From Podarcis gaigeae (Eukaryota), in NCBI GenBank assembly GCA_964106915.2, contig OZ066920.1: 64,000 bases of DNA; one strand, given 5' to 3'. The translations under genes were made by a program, and so were the position numbers. The notes under the pieces were generated by a model. The model was given only the letters and a program-made list of their open reading frames with translations, had not been told where the DNA came from and did not search any database. This document shows positions 27,080 through 41,005 of the stretch, in pieces (the stretch's first letter is position 1; the number at the start of each line of letters is the position of its first letter).

Positions 27080-27454
27080 CTCTGTCTCCCAAACCAACTA
27101 ATAATAACCCCCCTCAATATTTTTCCAGGTCAGCTGTATTGATCATGTTGTTGTGCTATGCTACTAACAGTCCAAGAGGGAGATTTTGTCATACAGAGGT
27201 AGAGATGTTACTAATACAGTGAAATGATTTTTTTTTTCAAGGCTTATGACCTTATCCCAAGAGTCAGCTTTGGCTGCAGCAGGAGCATAGATGCACTCAC
27301 TGCTGATGTAGTTCTGTCCCACTTGCTTACTATTGTTGTTATTTTTTTTATACCACCCTTCTATTACACAGAGAAATGCATGGGAAATCAGGAAAGTGGT
27401 CTCAAATATTGGTAAAATATGATACTTATAAATTGTTCTCAGAGACAAAAAATT

Positions 27455-27455
<1 letters not shown>

Positions 27456-27526
<71 letters not shown>
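27456..27526. repeat. Compound (CA)n(TA)n microsatellite
   Basis: Directly visible. Confidence 0.98.
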
Positions 27527-27528
<2 letters not shown>

Positions 27529-30334
27529 TGCAAATATCATTCATAACATTTAATTATGCAGATTCATCCACCTGAATCTGTTCCTTTTCATTCTACATAT
27601 TTCTACTGCGAGCATTCTGCAGTGTCATCTACAGCCACAGAAAAAGACCAGTTTGAGAAACATGGCCTGTGGTATTACAGACCCTTCTTCTACTCAAGGT
27701 AGCATGTCCAAAAGGAGGTCTAAATTTGCACAAGTATTATTTCTTCAGGCAAAAAGCCTGCAAGGGTAGCAGTTACAAACAATGACTGCAAGTAATTAAA
27801 AATGTATACACTGGTCTCTGTAGGGGCTCATTCCATTCCACACTATTCAATGAGGACATCTAACTGAGGAAATGGAACAAGCTATTTAAAAAGAGAGAAT
27901 GAATTCTTTCTGTATCTTCCTGAAAGATCTGCAGTGGGTTATTGTAACACGAACCATTTTAGTCTGCCTTGATCAGACAGCAAGACCACCATTGCTGCAG
28001 CCTGATAAATCTTGGTCATTTACCTGACTATCATGCTCAGGGGTATTATAGAAGAATGGAGAAAACTGATAAGCAGCAAAGGCCATTTGAGAATGCTGGG
28101 TAACACATTAACAAAAGCCTGTATGAAAGATTAAGGTAGCTTAATACAAACTACTTGGAGCTTACAAAATGGGCCTGAATTGTTATGGTACCATTATTTT
28201 AACAGCTCCTGGTGCTAACACAAGCCTTTTCCAGACATATTAGATTTACAAGGGTAGGAAAAAAGCTATTTTCTCTTGTCCATTTCTATGGTGAAAATGA
28301 TAGTTGAGGTCCTTGATTGGGCAATGGAGCTGGGAGTGGCCACATGTTACAAGCAAAGAAAAATGGCAGCTTTCCTATCATAAATGTAATCTGTAGACTG
28401 AGGCTTTTCCATTAAGCCCACCAAATATATATTTTTTCCACATCCTTTTTGGCTTTAGTGCATTTTTTGTTTTGTTTTGCACAACTTCAGATCTCAAGAA
28501 GAATTCTGATAAACATAAAAACTTGCATATTGTGAAGCAGGTCTTCCTAAAACTATTATGCTACTATTTCAGTAGATCCTCATAAAGCTATTGTGCTATT
28601 GTTGGTTTTGAATTTCTTTCTACTAACATCCACTAAAATTTTTGATTATAATGTTTAATCTCAAAAGCACTGGGTTCAGACACCATAGGAAACCATGGTT
28701 TCACAGACCATGCATGAGCCACAGTGAGTTTTTGGGTTACACATTCTCCCCCCCACCCTTTTCTTTAAGCTATGAAGAGATAGCTGACAACCAAGTAATG
28801 AACACTTAGCTCACAGCAAGCTGTGCCAATTTTCTGATATTGTGAATTGTCCCCATGGGACTAGGATATACTAATCTTTAACATTTAAACTTGAGAAAAC
28901 TGATGCTACATTTTTCATCACACATGGACTACTGAACTAAATTAACAGCGATGTAGCACAGGTAACAGAATAACACTCGAAGTGCCATACATATATTGGT
29001 ACGTTTTTTAAAAGCAAATATCATTGGGTTGGATATAACTATATCAGACGGTAATCTACCTAGTAGTGGAATTGCATGTATTTAAAATAAAAGATTTAGG
29101 ATTGATGTATTTTGAGCTGTAAACACAAAAATTTCACCACAACATGGCCAAAACAAGATTATGTAAAAATGGGAACAGTCTAAATGAAAGGACATACCAA
29201 TATTTTAATTGTAATATGCTGCAGTGGTACAATAAAAAATGATAAATATTAATATTCAATTATAAATGAGAAAACACATTGTTTGAAAAAGTAAACAACA
29301 GTCTTCCTCCACACCTCCTCCAAACACTGAAAACGATTCTGTGAGATTCTGTTGAAAAACTGTTCTTAGTTTTTTAAAAAAAGGAATATTAGCTCCCAGT
29401 GACGTTGTATTTAGAAATGTTCTAATTAAAGTTACTTATACAACAATAACAACACAAGAGAAACAAGTTCAACATTTGCTTGCATATCTTTTGAAATGAA
29501 CCTGCAAACTTTTCTTCTTCAATGACCTACAAATTAATATCAACTGTTTTTTCTTTGCAATTAAAATATTTATCAGTGCTGTGTCTTCATCTTATTAGAG
29601 ACAGCAACAATGATTTCAAAACGGTCCCACAAACTCTGTCCTGACAGCACTCCTATCTTGAGCAGCTCTAATATGGAAATCCAGGTATAAATTCAGGTAA
29701 TGAAAGCAGTCAAACTGCTCATAAAATGTCACATTATTATGAGAGCCCACATCACTTCTCAGATACTGTATTGTCAATCAGTCAAAAGGCTAGCCTTATG
29801 ACAGTAATTTTGGCCCGATACATGCCCCCAAATAAAGACAAACCCCAAAACTAAATTTCATATTGTTTTGACAGCTTTAGCAGTAAAATATTATAGAAAT
29901 TTCTTTTCTATAATGCTCTCTAGGAGGCAGCAGCTGACTCAGTATTTGACAATAAATAAAATGTTTATAGAACAACAAGGAAAGGAAGGGTGACAATATA
30001 TTCTACTGTGCTTGAGGGGGCGATTAGCAAATAAATGATTTTTTAAAAATCAGATATGGTGGATCAGCTGCACAAGTACACACAGAACTTAATCTGAGTC
30101 AGAGCTCATTCTCACAACTTTTCAATGTAACGGATGAGCTCTGGAACATGCGCCTGTCACTGGTTCTGTCTCCATCTACTTCTCCTTGCCTTCTACCTTA
30201 CCAGTCCCAAAGTGCACCAGCCACCATAGGAACTAGTGGTGAAGAATACTTCTGATCCAAGTATCATCTGTTAAAAATATATTTATAATAGTGACTTTGC
30301 AATGCCATTAAACCTGAGAAAAAGAGGAGGGGGG

Positions 30335-30394
30335 AGAAGAAGAAGAAGAAGAAGAAGAAGAAGAAGAAGAAGAAGAAGAAGAAGAAGAAGAAGA
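30335..30394. repeat. (GAA)n microsatellite, about 20 units
   Basis: Directly visible; explains the poly-Ser in ORF 30308..30529. Confidence 0.98.
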
Positions 30395-33144
30395 TAAAGC
30401 CCCTTCCTTTATATCCCAGAGAGCTAGTCTCAGGGTTGCAGGCTGACCACCAAGATGTAGACTTGATTTGGTTCTGTTATAATGCAACTCTTTAAAGCAG
30501 AAAAGGAAAGCCAGACAGCAGTTTGACATTGTAATCCTATGAGTGTGTCTATCTTCAGCAGTTACATGTATCTAATAAGTAGAGCAGGTAAAGTAGAATG
30601 ACAAATATATAATCTCCACTGTATGTTGTTTATAATTTAACTTAATTAGCTGGACTATATCTATCCCTTCATACTCTTCCCCCCAAGTATTCATTGACAA
30701 GTATTTCCAACTGTGCAAGATATTACCATCATTTTCAAGGTGCAGATGGTGTTAAAATGCAATCTAAAAATATGATTGAAATTGCAAAACTGAACACCCC
30801 AAGTTCATTTAAAAAGGGGGGGGGGGCAAACAAGAAAGCTTATTTGGGGTTAATTAGTTTGTATTTTATCCAGCCCTCAATTAAAATAAAGACTCCTGTT
30901 CTCTGCTGTAATTCTGAAAGAATACTTAGCTTTAACAGACCTTCCTGAATAACCCCATGAGAAGCAGGAATTAGTTAAACATTACCATTCCTGTCAACAT
31001 GTTCTTTTACCTAAAGATCACAGTTGCCTTCCTGATTATACTTAGATTTTTCAATGTGAGAAAGAAGTCAATACTTCCAAAAATTACTTAGAATGGGGTT
31101 TCACAAAGGCGGCACATGATGAGAACAAGCTGAAGGAAACTGCAATGGGAGTGGCAGACCTACCCATCTGACTGAGAACATAAGAATGAGAAACACAGTG
31201 ACAACAGAGCAGACACAAACACATTACAGCAGGATGGTGCCCTCCTAATATATTGGAACCACAGTACCTAGGACAACAGTGAATCTCTACAAACCAAGTC
31301 CAAATAGGAACAGGAGGACTGCTATGGAACAGTGCAGCAGGCAGTGTCCACACAGAAGAACACTGTGCAAAATCAACTTTTCTATGCATGACACGTGTTT
31401 GCAAAGTATTGTTTCTTGCATTTCTGGTTTAACACTAAAGCACTGAACCTACTACTAATATTTGTTGTGTTCACTTATCACCAGAGATGTGCTAGGCAGG
31501 GTAAAAAGGAAAACTAGTAGCTTTAGGGCATTCAGTCGGGGAATTGTTTCAGCTAATAAGAAAGCACTACTTTTGAAGACAAAGGAGAAGAAACATTCAG
31601 TTTGTCTTTATTTCAGCTGTAGTTCTCCTATTATAAGTACGAGATCAACAGTAAAAATTCTCATCTTTTAAAAAATTTAAACTCCTAGAAGGCCAAAAAA
31701 TGAGGCCTAAATATAAAAAGGAAATTGATATGAGGAATTAGGCCTGATTCAGAAACCCCTGTAGTATAAGATACTACAGAGTAAGATGAAAAAGAGCTGT
31801 CAGAAACATGTAAGGCAGGAGCAGGGGGAGTCCAGACTGGCCACTTGCACATGCACAAAAAGAAAGGGGAAAATTTGTATATGTATAGCTGTAAATTTAG
31901 GAGTGATTACTATACATTTCACAGTAGTGGGAAAGAATGTGAGTAGGTGTCCCAGTTGTTATATAACATTAATCTCAATATTATATGTGCATTTGAACTT
32001 CCTTCTATTTTTCAAAGACCAGTTAAGTTTTATTCATTTCACAACCTAATAACATCTATTAGTGTGCACTGTTAATATTAAGAAGCACATTAACTACATA
32101 GCAATAGAATTATGATAAAGATAAAATCTATTATTTTAAAAAAATCTACTGCGATACCGTACTTGCACACAGAAATCTGCTGCTGGCTTATAAGTGCTCC
32201 ACTCAAGTCCCTTGACTGGAATTTGGAAATTATTCAGATTACTGCAGAGGGTAAATCCAACCACCTTGCCCCTCCCATTGAAATACATGGGGGCTATGAA
32301 GGAGCATGCTTAGTAATGTATACTCAAGGTCAAATTATGTAAACCCCAAGTGTTCTCTGTGTCACGTATTATTCTGTAAAACAAACACTGTGCAGCAGCA
32401 GGGTTTGAGAGTGAAAAGGCAAATTCATTTTAATGAGCTGAGGTTGAAGGTTTGTGTTTTACCATTAAAATATTCCTTTGATCTTTGCCATGAAGAACAA
32501 ACAATTCCTGTGCTTTCATCCGTAAAGAACTGACTTGACTTCTACCGAGCTGAGGTTGTGATCTTTCATTTCAAAAGAGAAATGTGACTGCACTGTCACA
32601 CAGTCACAGAACATAACAGCACTGCATCAGAAGACTCGGGACAGTTATGGCTCTAGAGGAGCTCTGAAAAATAAACCGACTATTCTGCAGACCCAGGTAC
32701 CATGCAGTGTGCGCAGAGATGCCACAAAACCATTCCTGAAGCCTCAGGCAGACTCTAAGAGGTCTCCTCCCTTACACCTCATGAGGTGCTTACAGGATTA
32801 AGATGCATCCCGGTGTTTTTTCTGCACTGAAATATGGATTCTGAACAAAAAGTCTAAGGAATTATGTGAGCCAGCTTTTGAGCACTTGCCGCTGAAGCTC
32901 TTTCACAGTCTAAAGAGGATCAGAAGTGAGATAAACATATTCCCTCCATGTAGAAAAAAGAAGTGTGGAGAATACTGTAGCTCCCCCACTTTTCCACTAG
33001 GTGCTAAATGTACAGACAACATAAGAATTAGGAATGGGTAGGTGAGGGAGGTAAAAGAGAGGGGGTCAAGGGGGAAAGGAAGATAGCCTATTCCACCATT
33101 TTGTAAGATGTCTTAATTGTAATCTCGATGACGCCTAGTAATAT

Positions 33145-33476
33145 CAGTATATCTGAAGGAGTGTCTCCTCCCCCATCGTTCTGCCCGGACATTGAGGTCC
33201 AGCTCCGAGGGCCTTCTGGCAGTTCCCTCACTGCGAGAGGCCAAGTTACAGGGAACCAGGCAGAGGGCCTTCTCGGTAGTGGCGCCCGCCCTGTGGAACG
33301 CCCTCCCATCAGATGTCAAAGCGATAAACATCTACCTGACATTCAAAAGACATCTGAAGGCAGCCCTATTCAGGGAAGTTTTTAATATGTGACATTTTAG
33401 TGTATCTTTCATCTTTGTTGGAAGCCGCCCAGAGTGGCTGGGGAAACCCAGCCAGATGGGCGGGGTACAAATAATA

Positions 33477-33529
<53 letters not shown>

Positions 33530-33533
33530 TAAT
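33145..33533 (+). mobile_element. 5'-truncated L2 LINE 3' end with (TAA)n tail
   Basis: Open frame YLKECLLPHRSARTLRSSSEGLLAVP...RQRAFSVVAPALWNALPSDVK...TFKRHLKAALFREVFNM* is the typical L2 ORF2 C-terminus. It is followed by a 3' UTR stem (GCCGCCCAGAG...GGGCGGGG) and a TAA microsatellite at 33471-33533. Confidence 0.9.
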
Positions 33534-33624
33534 AAAAAATTATTATCATCATCATCATCATCTTTCAGTTGAGGCTTATACATCTGAATTGTAATATTTA
33601 TATCCCACTTTTGAACAGAAACTG

Positions 33625-33915
33625 GCTACTGCCCAGCAGTCTCCTGGCCTGAGCTGACAAAGCTGCTGTCAGAGGTGTGGTGACAGGCTCCTGTTCTGGG
33701 GGACTTCAACATCCACGGCAAGACGATTGGCTTTGGGATGGCTTAGGACTTCATGGCTACCATGATGACCAGAAGGTTGTCCCAACATGTCACCGGCCCA
33801 ACGCATGTGGCAGCCCACACTCTGGACCTTGCTTTCTCAACTGGGCATGAGAGGGTGATTTGAAAGTGGGGGATATTGACATCAGTTCCTTGTCATGGTC
33901 AGATCACTTCCTTAG
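33625..33915 (+). mobile_element. Degenerate L2-type LINE APE endonuclease fragment
   Basis: Translates VLGDFNIH...DFMATM...LSQHVTGPTHVAAHTLDLAFS...LSWSDHFL, containing the GDFN, TLD and SDH APE motifs, with frameshifts. Confidence 0.85.
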
Positions 33916-34367
33916 ATTCATGCCTTGCACTCTGTCCTCTATGTCACTGGCTCACTCAACAACTTACATAATTTTTTCTCTGCCTTCATCAAATATAATT
34001 TATGAATGGGATGCTTTGCAAACAAAGCCAACAGATCTGATAACATCTCTGCAAGCCCCAAAATGATCGACACCATAAAATATGAATTTTATCCTCCTTT
34101 TTTTCCATCCAAAAAACTCCTACTGGAGAAACTCACAGGTTATGAGAAAGAAAAACAAGTTAATAACGAGGGTCATATTTTCTATACTTAATTCACCTTG
34201 AGGCAGTTAATAAGACCAGAATCAGTTCCCAATAGAGAAATCATTGTTAATTCATAAGGATATATTAACTATTATTATAGACAACACAGCATCTTTAGCA
34301 GTAACAATGTCCAACACTGAAATCTGACTTATGTTGCTGTACAGTAATAAAGAATGGCAACATTATA

Positions 34368-34614
34368 AAGAAGAAGAGAAGTTTGGATTTGATATCCCAC
34401 TTTATCACTACCCGAATGAGTCTCAAAGCAGCTAACATTCTCCTTTCCCTTCCTCCCCCACAACAAACACTCTGTCAGGTGAGTGGGGCTGAGAGACTTC
34501 AGAGAAGTGTGACTGGCCCAAGGTCACCCAGCAGCTGCATGTGGAGGAGCGGTGACGCGAACCCGATTCTCCAGATTACGAGACGACCGCTTTTAACCAC
34601 TATACCACAGCTGC
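34368..34614 (-). mobile_element. Near full-length tRNA-derived SINE with CORE-like middle and L2-like tail (resembles squamate Squam3-type SINE)
   Basis: The minus strand begins with A-box TGGTATAGTGG and a B-box-like GGGTTCGCGTC, then GGGTGACCTTGGGCCAGTCAC (CORE-like), an L2-like 3' end and a (CTT)n tail. The family name is from recall, not a search. Confidence 0.8.
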
Positions 34615-37600
34615 TTCACTCTATCTTCTAGATGGTTTTGTTTTATACCTGTTTGTATGCAAACTTTATATAATGTGTACCTCTGCATTATTAACATATT
34701 GTTTTTAAATAACTGAACTTTCATTCTAATTATTTTCTGCATATTTCTTATTTAAAATAAAATACCAGTACAGGTGCCTTGCATCTTATGTGAGGGTTAG
34801 GTTCTGGGGTAGACATGTATATATCCCCAGAACCATCCCCTGCAAGGTGGAGGGCTGCATGCCCAGCTTTGGGAAGGTGGAACAAGGGCTACGGAAGGGT
34901 CCTAGAGTCCTCCCTTCTCCTCCCCAATGCCTGATAAATACTTGCCTGGCTTTGAGAAGGAGGCACAAAGACTCAATTATAATTAATTATAATGAAGACT
35001 ATGCCAAATGTCTTCAAGTAAACCTGATAAATATTTACCCTAAAATAAACCCTGTCAGGACTAGTTTGACTAAGATTAGACCTGGTAATTTTTGTTTTAG
35101 CTGGCAGGAAGATGTGTAGATTGCACCTTCTACTCTTTTTTGTTATATGTTATGTTCCAAAGATTTTGAAGAAGAAGGCTGGCAGGAAAGCCAGAGAAAT
35201 TTGTATTGGATCTTACTGGTTGCTCAGCTTAAAAACAGTTTCAGATTTTTTTTTGGATGTTTGGGGAGAAAATCTCGCCAAAGCACTACATCATTTGCAT
35301 TACCTCCCCAAGTAGCTCAGTTGAAATGATGCCGCTTCTACCCCCAAAAACTCTGTCTTCCACATTTATTTATTTTATTTACAGTTTGACTGTGCTTCAC
35401 CCCACCAACGGAGTTGTGTCAGAGCCAAGGTACTACTGACTGCTATTTACACCTAGTTGTGTTAAGGTAAATTTTTTTGGAAGGTACGTACAAATTCTAT
35501 TTTTCTGCCTTTGAAATTTAGCATTTAAACTTTTACAAATGTCTTTGGAACTGGAAAAGAAAGATGCCTTCATGAATATAGACAGGTAATACTCCAAGGT
35601 GACTTGTTGCCCAGGATCCAAAAAGTGCAACGCTCTGATGCACAAGAATTTAATGTTTATTCCTAGCTTTGTCAGAGTGCTTATAATTTGGGGTTTCCCC
35701 AACCTTAGCTAAAGTACTAGTAAAGCCAGACACCTGAAACTTAAAGAGCATAATTATTTTGATAATTCTTATCTTTACACACCAGTTTATATAATTTTTT
35801 AATTGAGACATCTCATAAATGTTGTGGAATACAGTACTGTGGCTCTCACTTAATGGAATCTATGCCTGAGGTAATAAAGCACGCAGGTTTACATAAAAGC
35901 TTAACTTCGTGTTATGTATTAGATCACTAGCAGCATCAAGCTATATTGCACTGTAGAGGGTTGAAAGCATTTCATATACTTCCAGATTTATGCTGTCCAC
36001 AGCAAACGAGGGGTTGGAGCCAAATGTTCTGCTCCAAGTCATGGAATGATCCTTTTTGTGAACAGAAACTCCTTCTGTGAGTGGAATGAAATTCTGTATC
36101 AAATCCATAGTATTCTGTGGGTGGCCTGCACATTGACGAAGTCAGACAACCACAAGCCAGATGTCAACCATGGTGATCACGGCTAATCCCAATACACAAG
36201 CAGGACTGCCACTGAGCAGGGGAGTGTGAAATGGAAGGACAGCAACCAATATATTGTCCTCATGTGCCAACTACCACCTTGCAGAAGAATCCATTCTCTA
36301 TCACTCTGATCGCTAGCTGGAAAACTGGAAAAGCACTATCCTAGACACCAAGTCTGGTGTAAGAACCAATCAAATAATGATTAATAAAGTACAGTGCATA
36401 GCACAATATATTACTTAAAAACAAGAATGAAGTGTTAAAGACACCAAGGAACGTCTATGCAATACTGTATTTCTAAATATCAGAAGCTATTTGCTCCAGA
36501 GACACCGTTCTGCAGTTTTTTTTAAAGCTTACTGTGACTTCTTTGGGGTTAACTGATATTGGGGGAGGGTTAGGTTGCTAGTCTTTTAAGGCTTCACCTA
36601 ACGAGCCCCATCAGCAGAAGCCCTGCAGAAGGACCTCTGCTTCTGTGATGGGGCTTCTCCACCTACCATTCTCCAGGGCCCCCAAAACTGACTTGGGGTG
36701 GTGTCTGAAGAACCCACAAAGCAGCATACTGGGGGAGGAGAGAAGGATTGTTCCAGCTGGCAAGCTAAAATGCTTGCACAGACAGAATCTTCCATAGCAT
36801 GACACTGAATTACACTCTGAGTCTCTCTTTTTTAATAGCCTGTGCTGTCATATCTAGATGTTTCATCAGCACAATGGCAGCAAAAAAATCTGACACTCTG
36901 CTGGTGTAACTTGCTCCTTCAATCAAACTTGATCATATGCTGAAACAGTAATTTTAAGGAATGAACTAAAATCTACTAAAATATTTGGCTTTAAATAGGA
37001 GGCTTTAATGATAAAGTAACAGTACCCATCATATTCATAAACTGAATGTGAAAGTTAAATTCATGTATTTGATGATACTAATATCTAAGAATAAATAGTA
37101 CATATTTGAAACAGAGATAATGAATCCTTCTAAAGAGATTTAAAATCATATTCACAATTTTGAAGTGGTTTTATTAAAAAGCCACAATTTTGTGGTTTTA
37201 CAAAAAACGCAAAGCAAATAATTTTGAACTCCAAAGGCCATTTTTAAGTGGCCTAAAATGTAATCTGAAACCTAATATTAATTATACACCCAGTCATTTT
37301 GATGTGCTCAGATTCATTTATAATCTCTTGTGTTAGAAATGGAAGAAAACTGACAGCACAATCCTACACATATCTACTCAGATGCAAAGTCCACATCTGG
37401 GACTTTCCCCCATATAAGTGTGTAGAAGATTTCAGCCTGAATGAAACATAATTGAGTTGCTGAACTACTATGAAATATACACACATGAATGGATCACTCT
37501 CTATGTAGGCTGCATAAGTAATTTCATATGTAACCAATTTTTATCTATCAATATAAATGTTTTTAATGTTATATACTGAAATTAACACTCCTAGACATTG

Positions 37601-40529
37601 ACACGCACAGACATTAAACAGTAATGCATATATTTTCTTGGTTTTCTTTCTCTGGGTTATGATTAATGCAGCCTATCAGAAGCCAGATGGTGCAAAACCA
37701 AAACCATCAATCAAAGTGAAAAGACTACTGAGTACTATTCCACAATGATGTGCTTGCAAATGGAAATTTTGTTCATAGACCCTTGGCTATGATATGCATA
37801 GAAAACCATAAACAGGCTTACACTGTCACCAAAGAACTAGCAGAGATGGCCTGTGCTTTGTTAGCTAAAAGCTGGAAAGGCAATGGTCGTTGCTGTGAGG
37901 GGGTAAGCTTGCATAAGCCTAAATGCTACTTAGCTTAAAACAAAGTTAAAAGTGAGTTTCAAAATTATTTTAATAATCTTTGCATTGATGACAGTATCTA
38001 TCAAACTGTCCATTTGCCACTGATTTAATATGGATAATGCCACACATGAAGAAGCAGCTGCCACTGTCTGCCTGACACATGAATTGGCATTTAATGACTT
38101 GTCCCGCACAAGCTTTTTAAATACAGTAATCTCAAATGTCTTCATTTTACAATGCATTCCCCCCTCTCTAAAGTTCCAAAAGAAAAACAAATGCTCATTC
38201 CTTATAAATACAACTATGATGCCTGGTTCTTGATTCATTTCTCTTAGTAGATTTTGCACACACATAATTTATCATACATGAGAGCTACCACTGAATCTCA
38301 CAAACAGTATTTTCTCTCTCTCCACACAGTGTTTGTGTGTGAAGATGCAAAATAAATCCAATGCCTCTCTGTGATCTTATACTCACACATGACAACACTT
38401 TTATAAATATCTGTATTGCTATTCATGACATCATCTCTACATTCTATATATTCCATACTTTTCAACCCAACTATTTCACAAGGTATTGTAAATTATTTTT
38501 ATTTTTACCTGGTGATGCTGAACAAGTAGCAGTGAATTCAACAAGCTGCCTACAATAGAATAATTCTACTAAAGTATATAGAACTTATTTAGGTTATATT
38601 GTTGGTAAAATAAATTTCACTTAGGCTTACACTGCTTTGAGGACTCATGGCTTATATAAAGTAATATAAGCTATTGTTGTCTCTGGGTAGTCCCACACAG
38701 AGGTGACTCGTAAGCTACATGCTTGGTGGTGTGCAGATTGCTTCAGGAGAAAAGCTTTTGAAGAACAGAAAGGCTGTAGCACATCGTCACAAAGACAGGA
38801 CTGGATCAAGTGACAGCTTTAAAGTGGAAACACTTCATCTGCTTATTTTCTCCTGAATTATATTATATAAGGCTGTGGTTTTAATTGCTTATACTGAAAA
38901 CCAGGAAATAAATATTAAAAATACATGCAGAATTCTGGAAAAGGGCAAAAGTAGGAACGATTCCTAACATCAGCAGGGAGTGGCCTACCAAATTTATACT
39001 ACTCTGCAATTACAGACACCAGCCATGTGGAAGGATCTGTGATGGAGAGCTTGCTGTTCTCAAGAGGAGGGACAGGAGCACCATTTCCCTTCAAAAAGCT
39101 CTTCTTTCTCAGTTTTGTGCAGACACCAAATCCATTTGTGGGACATCACAAAAACATAGGAAAAGCATTTTGCAAATGTTAAGCACAACTGAGGAAAAAT
39201 GTACTAGATTGCTCATAGATGTGCATCTCTGTTACTGCCCGAAATGAGGGGGCAGGGAGGAAGAGAGGCCCAACGCTATATTTCACCCAAGAATTAGTAA
39301 ATATCCCTCTGTTAAGAAAACCTCTGCCCTCTTTAAAAATAAAGTATCAAATACAAAAGTTTCTACAGTTTGTTCCAAGTTTCTTTGTTTGTTCATATAA
39401 CTTTTGTTAGATTACTAAACAATTAGCCAAAATACACATTTAGGTGAAAAAACTCAAGCCCACACAATTATGGTTATTTCTAAGCTATTTAGTTGAAAGT
39501 AGTTTGTGTATTCAATATATCTGGCAATGCTGCAATCTTGCAAGTACCTAAGATGACTTTCTGATTTGATAAACTAGCCCTGAACAACAGCATGATGCAT
39601 ATATAGGTGAAGGACCAAAACCACACAGCCTAAATTCTTCTATTAAGCTAATCTATTATCTTTATCAACACATTCTGCCCAATCTGCTTTTCTGAAACAG
39701 ACACTCAGAAGCAAGATAACGCCTCATCAGCTATTTTATATTCCAGGAGTTCAAGGGACAAGACTGAGAGCCTTCTAAATTCCAGGGGTTGCCCTTTGGA
39801 TAGACACATCTGTAAAGAGACAGAAGTAAAGAAGTGCCACACATAAAAAATGAAAATGAGAAAATATACTCCGATCAACTCGATCTTTTAATGTGTTATT
39901 GTTATGTTGCTCAGGATACAATAAGACATTTGGGAATTTTATTTCTCTTAGGACATCAAAAACAAGCAAACATGGACTACCCCTGCAAAAAAGGCCCAAG
40001 AAGCACAAGCCAAAACAATATAATGGTGCATGTTCACCTGGATTGTATTTTATAAAGATGCAATCTCCCATCTGGGCAGTTTTCTGTTTTCCTGCCAAAG
40101 CATGGTCCTAAAGATGAAAGCCACATAGGTTATCGCAACCCTAGTATATTATGTCTTAATGCCTTTAAGAAAATGTTTCCTTGCAACATATTAGGAGGCT
40201 GTAATAAATTTCTTATTTCAGTAAGAATGCCTTTGTGAACAGACTACTGTTCACTGCCTGATAAAAAGAACTGGCTCCTATAACATCTCTCATTCTCTTG
40301 ATATAAAACAAAAAAGCTCTTCTCACATGCAACACATGAAGATGTCTTTTGAACTGGAACAGAAGAAACTGAGAAAACAAAATAGCTCAAGAACAACTTG
40401 ACATGGACTTCTAACAACATAAAGGGATAATGCTGGACTGCATCTGAAAGGAATCATAATGCCGAAGGTGAGGTGGAAAGCGATGTGCTTGGGTACACAA
40501 TTCTGTATAGTCTGGGTAATGTTCAGGGG

Positions 40530-41005
40530 TGTATGGGGTGCCAGGTGCCAGTGGGTCTGAGCCCTGTGATCAGGAAGGAGGTTCTTGCATGTGCTGTAGA
40601 GGAAAGTGAGGGGCAGATGGGACTTATCAATCTGGGAAGGTAGCCCATGTAGAAGAAGGAAAACTCTTCACTTAACCCCCCCACTGCCTTGTAGGATATC
40701 TTTGGGAGAAGAAAAGGCTAAGGAGTCAACCCTACACAAATCTGGAGTCTCTAAGACGGTTGGATGGCACCTTGTACACCTCCTTCCTGCAGCCAAGCTG
40801 GTGCCAAACATATTGCTCTGCTTTTCTTTGGTCCACATCAGTAAGGCCAAGAGGAAGGTCTTGTTGACTGGACAGCCTGGGACCTCCATACACACTGCCC
40901 AGCCCTGCACCCCAGAGAGGTCACTTTAGTGCTGCTAATGCAGTGGTTTGACTTCACCTTTGGAGGCACTCCACTGTCTCTCGAGAGAAGACAGATGCCA
41001 ACAAT
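40530..41005 (+). mobile_element. Probable non-autonomous RTE-LINE-derived retroelement
   Basis: GC-richer block ending ...GTCTCTCGAGAGAAGACAGATGCCAACAA, similar to RTE 3' termini as I recall them. No RT ORF; boundaries approximate. Confidence 0.4.

Noticed and set aside
27164-27544. 126-aa ORF and other low-complexity ORFs (30308-30529, 33332-33583, 52340-52753)
   Set aside because: Products of microsatellites.
34540-34614. tRNA-like A/B boxes on the minus strand
   Set aside because: Head of a SINE, continuous with CORE and L2-like tail; no intact cloverleaf.
36604-36655. Small hairpin AGCCCCATCAGCAGAAGC...GCTTCTGTGATGGGGCT
   Set aside because: Short, probably a decayed MITE interior; no further support.
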